From assembly GCA_045578865.1 (NCBI GenBank), contig JAZNLB010000024.1, forward strand, positions 735 to 64,734: a DNA stretch of 64,000 bases, written 5' to 3'. How positions within the stretch are numbered: position 1 is the first letter of the stretch; each line of letters begins with the position of its first letter. Shown piece by piece: positions 11,060-20,464 of the stretch. The notes under the pieces are model-generated. The model had not been told where the DNA came from. It saw only the letters and a program-made list of their open reading frames with translations, and did not search any database. A program made the position numbers and the translations under genes. Origin of the DNA: Clostridia bacterium. Lineage in GTDB: Bacteria; Bacillota; Clostridia; UBA1381; UMGS1253.

Positions 11060-12104
11060 TACTCGTAAATCATTGATAATGCACTATCAGAAATATCCTC
11101 TTGTGCAGATTCAGGATATATTTAAATTTATCTACCAAAGTTCGTTTGGATGCGAACATATGGTATCTTCTTTGGAAACATCGACAGATTTTATTCGTGA
11201 GGAAAGCAAAAACATTTCTCCGTCTGACGAGCCTCTCATCGACCCTCTTGACGGAGCATTCAGCCGAATTCATCTCTCTTATTTAAATCATGGATTAAGC
11301 GCACAAACACTTGGCAAACTCTTTTTTGAATCCTCCAAGGCAGGCGATAAGACGGGCGTTGAAGACAAACTCAGCATCGCAAAAGAGCTTATATATGAAA
11401 AAAATCTTCCATTTTCAATGAAAGATTTTGATAAATGCTGTAAAGAGTGGCATGCAAACGGATATCCTCCGGTACACCATTCCGACATTTTCAAAAACGC
11501 ATACAATCCGGCGTACCGCGTTATATCAAATAAGTACATACCGTTTCTTCCCCTATTTGCAAAACTGGACCAAATGCCCAAAAACAATTCGTGCGTGATT
11601 GCCATTGAGGGTGGCAGTGCGAGCGGAAAAACCACCCTGGGCGAAATGCTCAAAAAACTCTATGATTGCACGGTTTTTCATACAGATGACTTCTTCTTGC
11701 GTCCCGAACAGAGAACAGCCGAACGATATGCACAAATCGGAGGAAATATTGACCGTGAACGCTTTGTGGAAGAAATACTGATTCCGCTAAGCAAAAACCA
11801 ACCTATCCTCTACCGAAGGTTCGACTGTTCTTCCATGTCACTTACGCCCGCAACAAAGGTCATTGCTAAAAAACCGGTTGTGATTGAAGGGGTATACTCG
11901 ATGCATCCCGATTTTGAAAAATTTTATGATTTTTCAATATTCTTAGATATTTCACCCGAATTACAAAAATCACGAATTGCAAAACGAAATTCACCGCAAG
12001 TTGCGACGCAGTTTTATAACGATTGGATTCCTCTAGAGCAACTGTATTTTTCAAACATGTATACAAAAAGTCGTTGTGATATGATAATTCCGATTCAGGA
12101 ATAA
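11043..12104 (+). CDS. Two-domain protein: unknown ~185-aa N-terminal domain fused to a uridine-kinase-family P-loop kinase
   Basis: Walker A IAIEGGSASGKTTLGEML followed by FHTDDFF, as in Udk/PRK-family kinases. The N-terminal domain carries FKFIYQSSFGCEHM. Start is the ATG at 11043 after GGAGA. Overlaps the S-component gene by 17 nt. Confidence 0.55.
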   Translation: MKQSDSTRKSLIMHYQKYPLVQIQDIFKFIYQSSFGCEHMVSSLETSTDFIREESKNISPSDEPLIDPLDGAFSRIHLSYLNHGLSAQTLGKLFFESSKAGDKTGVEDKLSIAKELIYEKNLPFSMKDFDKCCKEWHANGYPPVHHSDIFKNAYNPAYRVISNKYIPFLPLFAKLDQMPKNNSCVIAIEGGSASGKTTLGEMLKKLYDCTVFHTDDFFLRPEQRTAERYAQIGGNIDRERFVEEILIPLSKNQPILYRRFDCSSMSLTPATKVIAKKPVVIEGVYSMHPDFEKFYDFSIFLDISPELQKSRIAKRNSPQVATQFYNDWIPLEQLYFSNMYTKSRCDMIIPIQE

Positions 12105-12114
12105 TGTTTGTTTC

Positions 12115-12146
12115 AAAGGCTTCCCGCTTTAGCGGGAAGCCTTTTT
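12115..12146. terminator. Rho-independent terminator
   Basis: AAAGGCTTCCCGC-TTTA-GCGGGAAGCCTTTTT. Confidence 0.85.
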
Positions 12147-12291
12147 ATCCCTTGCGCAGCAAATCTTGATAATTTTTGAAGTTTGGTGCAAAAAATGTTT
12201 TCTAAAAAGGCTTCTTTGTGAGAAGAGCACCATCACAGGTGGAGGCAAGGTGTAGATTACGAAAGCAATCGCTTATAAACCTCAAACAAAG

Positions 12292-13152
12292 TCACTTTTC
12301 TATGCGCCGCATAAATTCCTGCGTTGAAATTCCGCTCGGTCGATTAAACCTGCCCATACAGTATAGCGAATTTTCATCTGTAATGTAATTTACCTTTTCA
12401 GCACAACCGAAGCTGACCGAAAAGCCCATATTGCGAATGACATCAACCGAATCTTCACAGATAGAACCAAACGGATAGGCAAACACCATCGGCTTAATAT
12501 CACAGTTTTGCAAAAGCAATTCTTGTGTTTTATTTAAATCCGCCGTAAGCGCCTGAGCGTAACATGCCGCATCTTCTCCAAATCGCTTCGCCGTTCCTTT
12601 TCTTCCCTCTTGGGCGTGCATATTATAACTGTGATTACCAATTTCAACACGGCCGCTTTCGCAAAGAGTGCGTATTTCCTCCCACGATAGATAAGCATAA
12701 CTCGGATGATGGTCGTCCGAGGTGGAAAATGCCTCGCTGTATTTGCCCACAATCGAAATCACAGCGCACATGTCCAGTTTTTCCAAAATCGGAAGTGCAT
12801 ATGTTAAATTGTTTTTATGCCCGTCGTCAAATGTAATCATAATCGGCTTTTCAGGCAACGGTTTTCCATCGCGCACATAATCAACCAAGTCGCTGCACCG
12901 TACCGTTGTATAACCTTGTGATTTTAAATACCGCAAATCCGACTCCAGCGTCTGAGGCGAAACAACATACTTTCCTGCCACGGCGGGGTCTTTTAGTATA
13001 CTATGATACATCAAAATCGGCACGCGAACCGTCTCTTGCAACACCGCAGAAGTTTTTATGTCCGTTACGGCAAAGCAGGCAAGCGATAAAATCAAAACAA
13101 GAAACAATCCGCATACGCCAAATAGATATCTTCGTTTAAAAACAAAAAACAC
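12292..13152 (-). CDS. Polysaccharide deacetylase family protein (NodB homology domain), membrane-anchored
   Basis: N-terminal TM segment, then ILMYHSI..., ITFDDGHKNN (the NodB TFDDG motif) and HSYNMH. GTG start at 13152-13150. Confidence 0.8.
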   Translation of the reverse strand: MFFVFKRRYLFGVCGLFLVLILSLACFAVTDIKTSAVLQETVRVPILMYHSILKDPAVAGKYVVSPQTLESDLRYLKSQGYTTVRCSDLVDYVRDGKPLPEKPIMITFDDGHKNNLTYALPILEKLDMCAVISIVGKYSEAFSTSDDHHPSYAYLSWEEIRTLCESGRVEIGNHSYNMHAQEGRKGTAKRFGEDAACYAQALTADLNKTQELLLQNCDIKPMVFAYPFGSICEDSVDVIRNMGFSVSFGCAEKVNYITDENSLYCMGRFNRPSGISTQEFMRRIEK

Positions 13153-13190
13153 ACATACGCACCCCCATTGTATGTGTATGTGTGTTTTTA
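13149..13190 (-). terminator. Rho-independent terminator of typA
   Basis: On the minus strand, ACACACATAC - 17-nt loop - GTATGTGTGT followed by TTTTTTGTTTTT. Begins 6 nt after the typA stop. Confidence 0.7.
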
Positions 13191-13191
13191 A

Positions 13192-15027
13192 CTATTTATT
13201 TCGACTTTGCGCCTTCAAACGAAGCGTTGTGTTTAAAATGCGTTTGCGAATTCTAAACTTTTTCGGTGTAACCTCCAAAAGTTCATCTTCTCCTAAAAAT
13301 TCGATTGCTTCCTCCAAGCTTAAATTCTTTGGCGGCACAAGTTTGAGAGCATCATCACTGCCCGATGCGCGCGTATTTGTCAGTTGCTTTTTCTTGCATA
13401 CATTTACGCTGATATCTTCCAGCTTCGGCGATGCACCGACCACCATACCTTCATACACCGGTTCACCCGCACCGATAAACAGCGCACCACGCCCCTGTGC
13501 GTTAAACAAGCCATATGTTACCGCCTCGCCTGTTTCAAATGCAATCAAGGAACCTGTAAACCTTCTTACAATTTCACCCTTGTGCGGTTGATAGCCGTAA
13601 AATACCGTATTCAAAATACCCTCGCCACGCGTATCGGTCATAAATTCACTTCTGTAACCAAACAGCCCGCGCGCCGGAATAAGATATTCAATACGCATTC
13701 TCGTACCAATCGGCGACATGTGTTGAAGTTCGCCTTTGCGCGAACCCATCTTTTCCATAACGGAACCGACACATTCCTCCGGCACATCTACCAAAAGCCG
13801 CTCTATCGGCTCACAAAGTTTGCCGTCCATTTCCTTAAAGAGCACGCGCGGTGTGCTGACTGCAAATTCATAACCTTCGCGGCGCATTGTTTCAATTAAA
13901 ATAGACAAATGCATCTCGCCGCGACCGGATACAACAAACGAATCCGTAGTTTCACCATCACATACACGCAAAGAAACATCTTTTAATAATTCTCTGTACA
14001 AACGCTCACGCAGTTGTCTGGATGTTACAAATTTTCCGTCCTTACCTGCAAACGGACTGTCGTTTACCGAAAAGGTCATTTCCACCGTTGGCTCACCGAT
14101 TTTCACAAACTGAATCGGCTCTCTGCAATCCGTAGCCGTAATCGTATTACCAATGGTAATATCCTCCACGCCCGAAAAACAAATTATATCACCAACCGTA
14201 GCACTTTCTACCTGTACGCGCCCCGTGCCGTCAATCTGATACAGCGAAGCAATTTTTCCACGCTTGGTTACGGACGCATCGTGATAGTCACAAACGCTGA
14301 CCTCCTGATTGAGCTTAATCGTGCCACGCTCCACACGACCGATACCCATGCGGCCAACATACTCGCTGTAATCAATCGTAGAAATCAAAAGCTGAAGCTT
14401 TCCTTCCTCATCCCCACTCGGCGCCGGAATATAATCCACAATCGTTTCAAACAGCACACTCAAGTCCTCACCCTGTTTGTTTGGGGATTTTGATGCCGTT
14501 CCATCACGACCGGAACAATAAATAATCGGGCTGTCAAGCTGCTCATCCGTTGCATCCAATTCCAGCAAAAGTTCCAAAACCTCGTCGCCGACCTCGCTAA
14601 GTCTTGCATCCGGACGGTCAATCTTGTTGACAACAATGATGATTTTAAGGCCGAGCTCCAATGCCTTGGAAAGCACGAAGCGAGTTTGCGGCATCGGTCC
14701 TTCCGCCGCATCTACAAGCAAAATGACACCGCCAACCATTTTGAGCACACGCTCAACCTCGCCGCCGAAATCTGCATGTCCCGGTGTGTCAATAATATTG
14801 ATTTTTTTGTCCTTATAGCGCACAGATGCGTTTTTCGACAAAATCGTAATGCCACGCTCTCGTTCAAGCGCATTATTGTCCATTACGCGGTCTTCCACCA
14901 CCTGATTTTCTCTGTATACGCCGCCCTGCTTTAAAAGCTCGTCCACTAGCGTAGTCTTTCCGTGGTCAACATGTGCGATAATTGCAATATTTCTTAAATC
15001 TTCTCTTACCAATGTCAAAACTTCCAA
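13192..15027 (-). CDS. typA: Translational GTPase TypA/BipA
   Basis: 611 aa with G1 [31 protein letters not shown] and EF-G-like domains. The start is one of two in-frame TTG codons (15027 or 15012). Confidence 0.93.
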   Translation of the reverse strand: MEVLTLVREDLRNIAIIAHVDHGKTTLVDELLKQGGVYRENQVVEDRVMDNNALERERGITILSKNASVRYKDKKINIIDTPGHADFGGEVERVLKMVGGVILLVDAAEGPMPQTRFVLSKALELGLKIIIVVNKIDRPDARLSEVGDEVLELLLELDATDEQLDSPIIYCSGRDGTASKSPNKQGEDLSVLFETIVDYIPAPSGDEEGKLQLLISTIDYSEYVGRMGIGRVERGTIKLNQEVSVCDYHDASVTKRGKIASLYQIDGTGRVQVESATVGDIICFSGVEDITIGNTITATDCREPIQFVKIGEPTVEMTFSVNDSPFAGKDGKFVTSRQLRERLYRELLKDVSLRVCDGETTDSFVVSGRGEMHLSILIETMRREGYEFAVSTPRVLFKEMDGKLCEPIERLLVDVPEECVGSVMEKMGSRKGELQHMSPIGTRMRIEYLIPARGLFGYRSEFMTDTRGEGILNTVFYGYQPHKGEIVRRFTGSLIAFETGEAVTYGLFNAQGRGALFIGAGEPVYEGMVVGASPKLEDISVNVCKKKQLTNTRASGSDDALKLVPPKNLSLEEAIEFLGEDELLEVTPKKFRIRKRILNTTLRLKAQSRNK

Positions 15028-15106
15028 TCTGTATAAATTTCGTATTTTAGTATATCATAAAAACATTGCTCTTGTAAATGTTTTTAACTTTTTTGTAAAA
15101 AAATAC

Positions 15107-15135
15107 TTGACATTTCATCGGTTTGGGTTTAATAT
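15107..15135 (+). promoter_or_regulatory. Sigma-A promoter of tRNA-Gln
   Basis: TTGACA (15107-15112), 17-nt spacer, TAATAT (15130-15135). Confidence 0.7.
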
Positions 15136-15164
15136 ATTATTTGTTCGCCAAGAACAAATAATAT
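15134..15164. promoter_or_regulatory. Perfect 13-bp inverted repeat overlapping the -10 box and the tRNA-Gln leader (candidate operator or processing hairpin)
   Basis: ATATTATTTGTTC (15134-15146), loop GCCAA, GAACAAATAATAT (15152-15164). Ends 1 nt before the tRNA 5' end. Confidence 0.5.
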
Positions 15165-15238
15165 TGCGGAATTGTGTAAAGGTAGCACGAGTGACTCTGA
15201 CTCACTTTGTCTGGGTTCGAATCCTAGTTCCGCAGCCA
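15165..15238 (+). tRNA. tRNA-Gln (anticodon CTG)
   Basis: Acceptor TGCGGAA/TTCCGCA, anticodon arm AGTGA-CTCTGAC-TCACT, T-arm CTGGG-TTCGAAT-CCTAG, encoded GCCA. Confidence 0.9.
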
Positions 15239-15240
15239 GA

Positions 15241-15273
15241 AAAAAAGCACTTGCAAATTGCAAGTGCTTTTTT
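15241..15273. terminator. Bidirectional rho-independent terminator (tRNA-Gln and the convergent DUF1015-like gene)
   Basis: AAAAAA-GCACTTGCA-AAT-TGCAAGTGC-TTTTTT. Confidence 0.85.
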
Positions 15274-15299
15274 CATGTGAAGCCGTAAGGCTATTATAA

Positions 15300-16496
15300 T
15301 CATCGAATTTTCTTTGCCTCGATATAAAATCTCTTTTCATGCGCCTCGCCCATGGAGAAAGTCTTTCTCGGCAAAGCGCCGTCTTTAATGACGGTTACAA
15401 ACAGACTTTCCTTTTCCATCGCAGGCAAAATGAAGCCGAAGGCATTTTCTTTTGCGGCAAGGCGTTTGGTCGTATCTTCGCCGTGGATGTAGTCCGCCTC
15501 ATACCCCATTTTATCAATAAATTCCTGCACTGCACCGACCGCCAAATTGGAGCACGCATTACAAATCGTGAATTCACCTTCTGTATCACCATATACATAT
15601 GTTACGGTATGTGTATTTTCCCCCGCACCCTGCGCTGAAAACTTTTCAAGGCTCGCGAGCACATCCCCCGGCTCTACATCAAACAGAACTCTGTGAATCG
15701 GCTCGAACTCCAGCGCCGCATCATAAAGATTTTCAATTTCAACCAAGCAGTAACGCGCAGGATGATTTTCCTGCTCGTCTGCCGAAAGATTTTTCTTTAA
15801 ATTCTCCCAGCAAGTCTTTGCGGTTGCAAGAGAATGATTGCCGTCACCCACCGCAAACACAAGCCCGTCGTTTACATTTTTAGCATACGCATCAAAAGCT
15901 GCGCTGATAGCGTCCGCCTTTTCGCCGTCAATGACATAACCTCGGATATGACCGCCGTTTTCCATCAATTCAAAATCATATACAGGCGCACTGTCACACG
16001 CGCTCGGAATCACTTTGTTTTCCTTGTCATCAATTAGCAAAATAGCATGCGGCAATTCGAGCGGCGCATCCTGACGAATTTTCACGCGTGGCGGAATACG
16101 CTCAGCAACCGTCCCCTCCGTTGCACGAATTGCACTTTTCGAGCCTTTTGTAAAATCGTATGTTTCCAAATCCACCGTACCGATAATACCACGACGAATG
16201 CGTCCGCCGGAGAGGGTTCGCTCTATGTAGATATATGCATCGTTATGTGCTTCAAATACGCCGTCTTCTATATATTTTGCCATATGCAAATTGATTTTGT
16301 TAATATAACTGTCGCCCTCGCTCAAATACGCCTCCGGGTACACCAGATGAAATGTGGACGGTTCATCACCCACATACGCCTTTACTCTGTCCCAGTATTC
16401 GCATTCGGATGTGTATTGGTCGCATGCCACTACACCCCATTTTTTATAATCCGCCTGCTTAGGCAAAAGAACATTCGCTTTGTTAAATACTGCCAT
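15300..16496 (-). CDS. DUF1015-like protein
   Basis: 398 aa. The N-terminus ...WGVVACDQYTSECEYW... and overall length match the DUF1015 branch seen in Clostridia (from memory, not searched). GGGAGG before the ATG. Confidence 0.5.
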   Translation of the reverse strand: MAVFNKANVLLPKQADYKKWGVVACDQYTSECEYWDRVKAYVGDEPSTFHLVYPEAYLSEGDSYINKINLHMAKYIEDGVFEAHNDAYIYIERTLSGGRIRRGIIGTVDLETYDFTKGSKSAIRATEGTVAERIPPRVKIRQDAPLELPHAILLIDDKENKVIPSACDSAPVYDFELMENGGHIRGYVIDGEKADAISAAFDAYAKNVNDGLVFAVGDGNHSLATAKTCWENLKKNLSADEQENHPARYCLVEIENLYDAALEFEPIHRVLFDVEPGDVLASLEKFSAQGAGENTHTVTYVYGDTEGEFTICNACSNLAVGAVQEFIDKMGYEADYIHGEDTTKRLAAKENAFGFILPAMEKESLFVTVIKDGALPRKTFSMGEAHEKRFYIEAKKIR

Positions 16497-16589
16497 TTTC
16501 CTCCCTCTTTCTTTGCAAGTTATCTTTTTTTCAATCTCTATACCGATAGTGTACCATTTTTTTGCGTGTAAATCAATATTCTAGCGTAA

Positions 16590-16718
16590 AATATTCCTTT
16601 TAAAAAACGGGAATCTCGCCAGCTTATAGATGCGTACATACAATTTTACAACAATGAACAAATACAACTAAAAACAAAACTGACACCGCAAGAAATGCGA
16701 TGTCAGTATATTGCTTAA
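16590..16718 (+). pseudogene. 3'-terminal remnant of an IS3-family transposase (last ~40 codons only)
   Basis: Translates to ...FKKRESRQLIDAYIQFYNNEQIQLKTKLTPQEMRCQYIA*, the characteristic C-terminal YIxxYNxxRxQxKLxxxTPxExR tail of IS3/DDE integrases. Bounded upstream by an in-frame stop, and there is no catalytic region. Confidence 0.65.
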
Positions 16719-16799
16719 AATTTAATATTCGTTACCATAGTGGTTCTTTTCGCAGCGTCTGCACAAAATGATGCAGCACATGCGCTGTCGCATGGTTTT

Positions 16800-18568
16800 T
16801 TAGTAGTTTAATGTTTTGTTTACAACATCATCGTTAACCTTTGCAATAAAGTCCTCCACGGACATTGTGCCGAGGTCCACGCCCTTACGCGCACGAACAG
16901 CAACGCCGCCTGCTTCAGCTTCCTTGTCGCCGATAACGAGCATATACGGCAGTCTTTCGAGCTGTGCTTCGCGAATCTTATAACCGATTTTTTCATTTCT
17001 CAAATCGGTTTCTACGCGAATTCCCGCAAGTTTAAGTTTTTCCTCTACCTGTTTTGCGTATTCGTGATGCGCTTCGGCAATCGGCAAAATCTTTACCTGT
17101 GTCGGCGCAAGCCATGTCGGGAACGCACCCGCATACTTTTCAATTAAGAGCGCAAGCGTTCTTTCATAGCAACCGATAGAGGTTCTGTGAATGATGTACG
17201 GATTTTTCTTCGCGCCGTCTTTATCCACATATTCCATACCGAATTTTTCCGCAAGCATCTGGTCGATCTGAATGGTAATAAGTGTATCTTCTTTACCAAA
17301 CACATTCTTAATCTGAATGTCGAGTTTCGGACCGTAAAACGCCGCCTCGCCCACACCGATTTTGTACGGAATTTCGAGATGGTCGAGAATGTTTTTCATT
17401 ACACCCTGCGCCTCATCCCACTGCTCCGGTGTGCCGATGTATTTTTCTTTATCTTCCGGATCCCACTGAGAGAAGCGGTATGATACATCTTCGTAAAGAC
17501 CGAGTGTTTTGAGCATATAGATTGCCATTTCCAAACAACCCTTAAACTCCGCCTCGAGTTGCTCCGGTGTGCACATTAAGTGACCTTCGGAAATCGTGAA
17601 CTGACGCACACGGATAAGTCCGTGCATTTCGCCCGAAGATTCATTTCTGAAGAGTGTCGAGGTTTCGTTATACCGAAGCGGCAAATCTCTGTAAGAACGA
17701 CCACGATTCAAATATGCCTGGTACTGGAACGGGCAGGTCATCGGACGAAGTGCGAACACTTCCTTGTCCACTTTCTCATCACCCATTACAAACATACCAT
17801 CCTGATAATGATCCCAGTGACCGGACAGTTTGTATAAATCACTTTTTGCCATATATGGTGTTTTTGTCGGCAACCAACCATGTGCATATTCTGTATCCTC
17901 AACGAATCGTTGTAGAATCTGAATAATCTTTGCGCCCTCGGCAAAAGAATCGGCAAGCCCTGTCCAATGAGTTCAGAAGTCGTAAAGATTTCCAGTTCGC
18001 GACCAAGTTTGTTATGGTCACGCTTCTTCGCTTCTTCCATCTGCAAAAGATGCGCTTCCAGTTCATCTTTGCTCTTAAACGCCGTACCGTAGATACGCTG
18101 GAGCATCTTGTTTTTCTCATTACCGCGCCCGTACGCACCTGTTGCACTCAAAAGCTTATATGCCTTCACCTTGCTGGTATAGTTTACATGCGGGCCTGCA
18201 CAAAGGTCAGTAAATTCACCCTGCTTATAGAAGGAGATGGTCTCCCCTTCAGGCAGTTCATGAATCAACTCCATCTTGTATGGTTCGTCCTTCATCAACT
18301 CAAGCGCCGCCGCACGGTCAAGTTCAAAGCGCTCAATTTTGAGGTTTTCTTTGACAATCTTTTTCATTTCCGCTTCGATTGCCTCTAAATCCTCCGGTGT
18401 AAATGTTTTGTCTGTATCAAAATCATAGTAAAATCCCGTGTCAATCGCCGGACCGATGGCGAGTTTTACATTCGGAAACAATCGTTTCACTGCCTGTGCC
18501 ATAATATGGGATGCGCTGTGACGAAGCATTTTGAGTTCATCAAGTGCAATATTTACTTCATTGCTCAT
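16800..18568 (-). pseudogene. thrS: Threonine--tRNA ligase lacking the N-terminal TGS domain; reading frame broken by a 1-nt deletion near 17935-17938
   Basis: Two overlapping ORFs (18568-17786 and 17873-16800) carry the contiguous ThrS sequence: [11 protein letters not shown]..., ...[29 protein letters not shown] | [44 protein letters not shown]..., then class II motifs and an anticodon-binding domain. Adding one G to the GGG run restores a single 589-aa frame. Confidence 0.85.
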
Positions 18569-18605
18569 GAAATCATCCTTCTTTCATAATAATACATTAA
18601 TGTAA

Positions 18606-18634
18606 ATTATACCTTTATTTTATGCTCCTGTCAA
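18606..18634 (-). promoter_or_regulatory. Consensus sigma-A promoter of thrS (short leader, no T-box)
   Basis: On the minus strand, TTGACA (18634-18629), 17-nt spacer, TATAAT (18611-18606). Only about 35 nt of leader, with GAAGGA before the ATG. Confidence 0.8.
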
Positions 18635-18691
18635 GTTCGTTTGCTTTTCCCTATAACTTTTTTGTGTAGATGTTTGTTGTTTTTTCACACC

Positions 18692-18720
18692 TTGCATTTT
18701 TTATAGCGCTATGCTACAAT
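18692..18720 (+). promoter_or_regulatory. Sigma-A promoter of the ynbB-like gene
   Basis: TTGCAT (18692-18697), 17-nt spacer, TACAAT (18715-18720). Confidence 0.65.
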
Positions 18721-18751
18721 GATAAAAGCATTTTTGCAAAGGAGCAAAACA

Positions 18752-20038
18752 ATGAATACATTTACACTAAACAAACTGTTTATCCGTGATTTTCATATTT
18801 CAGAAAGCACGCTCGCGCTTGTAGAAGAAGCCGAGGCCGAAGTCAAGGCGGAATTCGAAGCCATCGACCGCATGGCGATGTATAATCAGGCAAAGGTATT
18901 AAAGGCATATTCCGACAATCAAATCGGCGAACAGCACTTTGTGCCGACCACAGGCTACGGCTACAATGATATGGGCAGAGATGCCATCGAGCGTGTGTAT
19001 GCTCAGGCGTTTGGTTGTGAAGATGCCCTTGTACGCCATACAATTATTTCAGGCACACATGCGTTGTCTACCGCATTATTTGGTGTCCTGCGTCCGGGCG
19101 ATACGCTTGTTTCCGCCGTCGGCAGACCGTATGATACCTTAAACGAGGTTATCGGTGCAGAAGGGAAAACCGGCGATGGCTCATTGGCAGACTTTGGCAT
19201 AGCCTATCGCGAAGCGCAGATGAGTGCAGACGGCGGCGCAGACTTTGATGCCATTCGCGCCTGCATTGACGATACGGTTAAGGCTGTTCTTATCCAGCGA
19301 TCCAAAGGCTATTTATGGCGCAAGACTTTAAGCGTGAAGCAAATCAACGAAATCATTGATTTTATTCACGCCATCCGCGAGGATATCATCTGCATTGTGG
19401 ATAACTGCTACGGCGAATTTACAGAAGCCGAAGAACCGCGTGGTGACTTACTCGTTGGTTCACTGATTAAAAACCCCGGTGGCGGCATCGCACCGACCGG
19501 CGGTTATATCGCAGGCAAGGCGCGCTTTGTGGAACTTGCATCGTACAGATTGACCAGTGTCGGCATTGGCAAAGAAGCAGGCGCAAGCCTGGAAAACAAC
19601 CGCCCGATTTTGCAAGGCTTTTTCATGGCACCACACACGGTTGCACAAGCGCTCAAAAGCGCAAGATTGTGCAGTAGTATTTTCCATAAGCTCGGCTACG
19701 AGGTATGTCCTCTGCCGCACGAAGAAAATGCCGATATTATTACCTCCATCAAATTCGGCGCTCCCCAGCTCGTGATTGCTTTTTGTCAGGGCATTCAAAA
19801 AGGCGCTCCGGTCGATTCGTTTGTAGAGCCACAACCTTGGGAAATGCCGGGTTACGCTGACCCCGTCATTATGGCCGCAGGCGCATTCGTACAGGGCGCA
19901 TCCATTGAACTGAGTGCCGATGCGCCGATTAAGCCGCCGTATATCGCCTATGTGCAAGGTGCGCTCACCTATGAATCCGCAAAAGTGGGTATTATGGTCG
20001 CCGTAACAAAGGTTTTAGAAAAAAAACTTGAAATTTGA
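18752..20038 (+). CDS. Methionine gamma-lyase family (YnbB-like, PLP-dependent) protein
   Basis: 428 aa. ...YNQAKVLKAYSDNQIGEQHFVPTTGYGYNDMGRD...ISGTHAL... matches the YnbB (aluminium-resistance) family as I remember it. Start is the ATG at 18752 after AAAGGAG. Confidence 0.7.
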   Translation: MNTFTLNKLFIRDFHISESTLALVEEAEAEVKAEFEAIDRMAMYNQAKVLKAYSDNQIGEQHFVPTTGYGYNDMGRDAIERVYAQAFGCEDALVRHTIISGTHALSTALFGVLRPGDTLVSAVGRPYDTLNEVIGAEGKTGDGSLADFGIAYREAQMSADGGADFDAIRACIDDTVKAVLIQRSKGYLWRKTLSVKQINEIIDFIHAIREDIICIVDNCYGEFTEAEEPRGDLLVGSLIKNPGGGIAPTGGYIAGKARFVELASYRLTSVGIGKEAGASLENNRPILQGFFMAPHTVAQALKSARLCSSIFHKLGYEVCPLPHEENADIITSIKFGAPQLVIAFCQGIQKGAPVDSFVEPQPWEMPGYADPVIMAAGAFVQGASIELSADAPIKPPYIAYVQGALTYESAKVGIMVAVTKVLEKKLEI

Positions 20039-20056
20039 TTTTATGTGTGGTATTAT
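20028..20056 (+). promoter_or_regulatory. Promoter of the pheST leader
   Basis: TTGAAA (20028-20033), 17-nt spacer ending in TGG, TATTAT (20051-20056). Confidence 0.6.
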
Positions 20057-20077
20057 ATTTGTAATTGAATATTTTAA

Positions 20078-20345
20078 AGACGATGAAAAAGTTCAGTAGG
20101 CTTTGTATACGCCTTCCAGAGAGTGTGCATCACCGGCTGCAAGTGCACGCAGAAACGGACAAAACCGAACCTTCGCTTTTGAGTTGCACGGTTGAAATAT
20201 ATAGTAGGCTGTGACGGTGGCAACCGTTAAATGCTTAAGAGTGCTTATGTGTTTTTACATAAGAATTTGGGTGGTACCACGGAGAATTGCGCTTCGTCCC
20301 TGTCCTGTGACAGAGGCGAGGCGTTTTGTTTTTCAAAAAACCAGG
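20078..20345 (+). promoter_or_regulatory. T-box riboswitch leader (Phe specifier)
   Basis: Stem I elements are present (AGTAGG, CCAGAGAG, GGCTGCAAG). Candidate specifier TTC at 20172-20174. Conserved T-box sequence AATTTGGGTGGTACCACGG at 20263-20282. Terminator stem 20292-20335 followed by TTTTGTTTTT. Confidence 0.85.
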
Positions 20346-20381
20346 TCAAGTGGAACCTTGCCAACTTAGTGCCAATACGCA

Positions 20382-20464
20382 AAAATTTTTGTCCTTTGAA
20401 TGCGTATAGGCGTAGCAAGGCTTTGAGCCTGGCAAAAACGACAATTCCAAAGGACGAAAATTTT
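20382..20464 (+). ncRNA. Additional structured element between the T-box terminator and the pheS start (17-bp long-range helix)
   Basis: AAAATTTTTGTCCTTTG (20382-20398) pairs with CAAAGGACGAAAATTTT (20448-20464), with one G-U pair that is valid only in the plus-strand RNA. Competing inner helices are CCAATACGC/GCGTATAGG and CCTTGC/GCAAGG. Confidence 0.45.
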
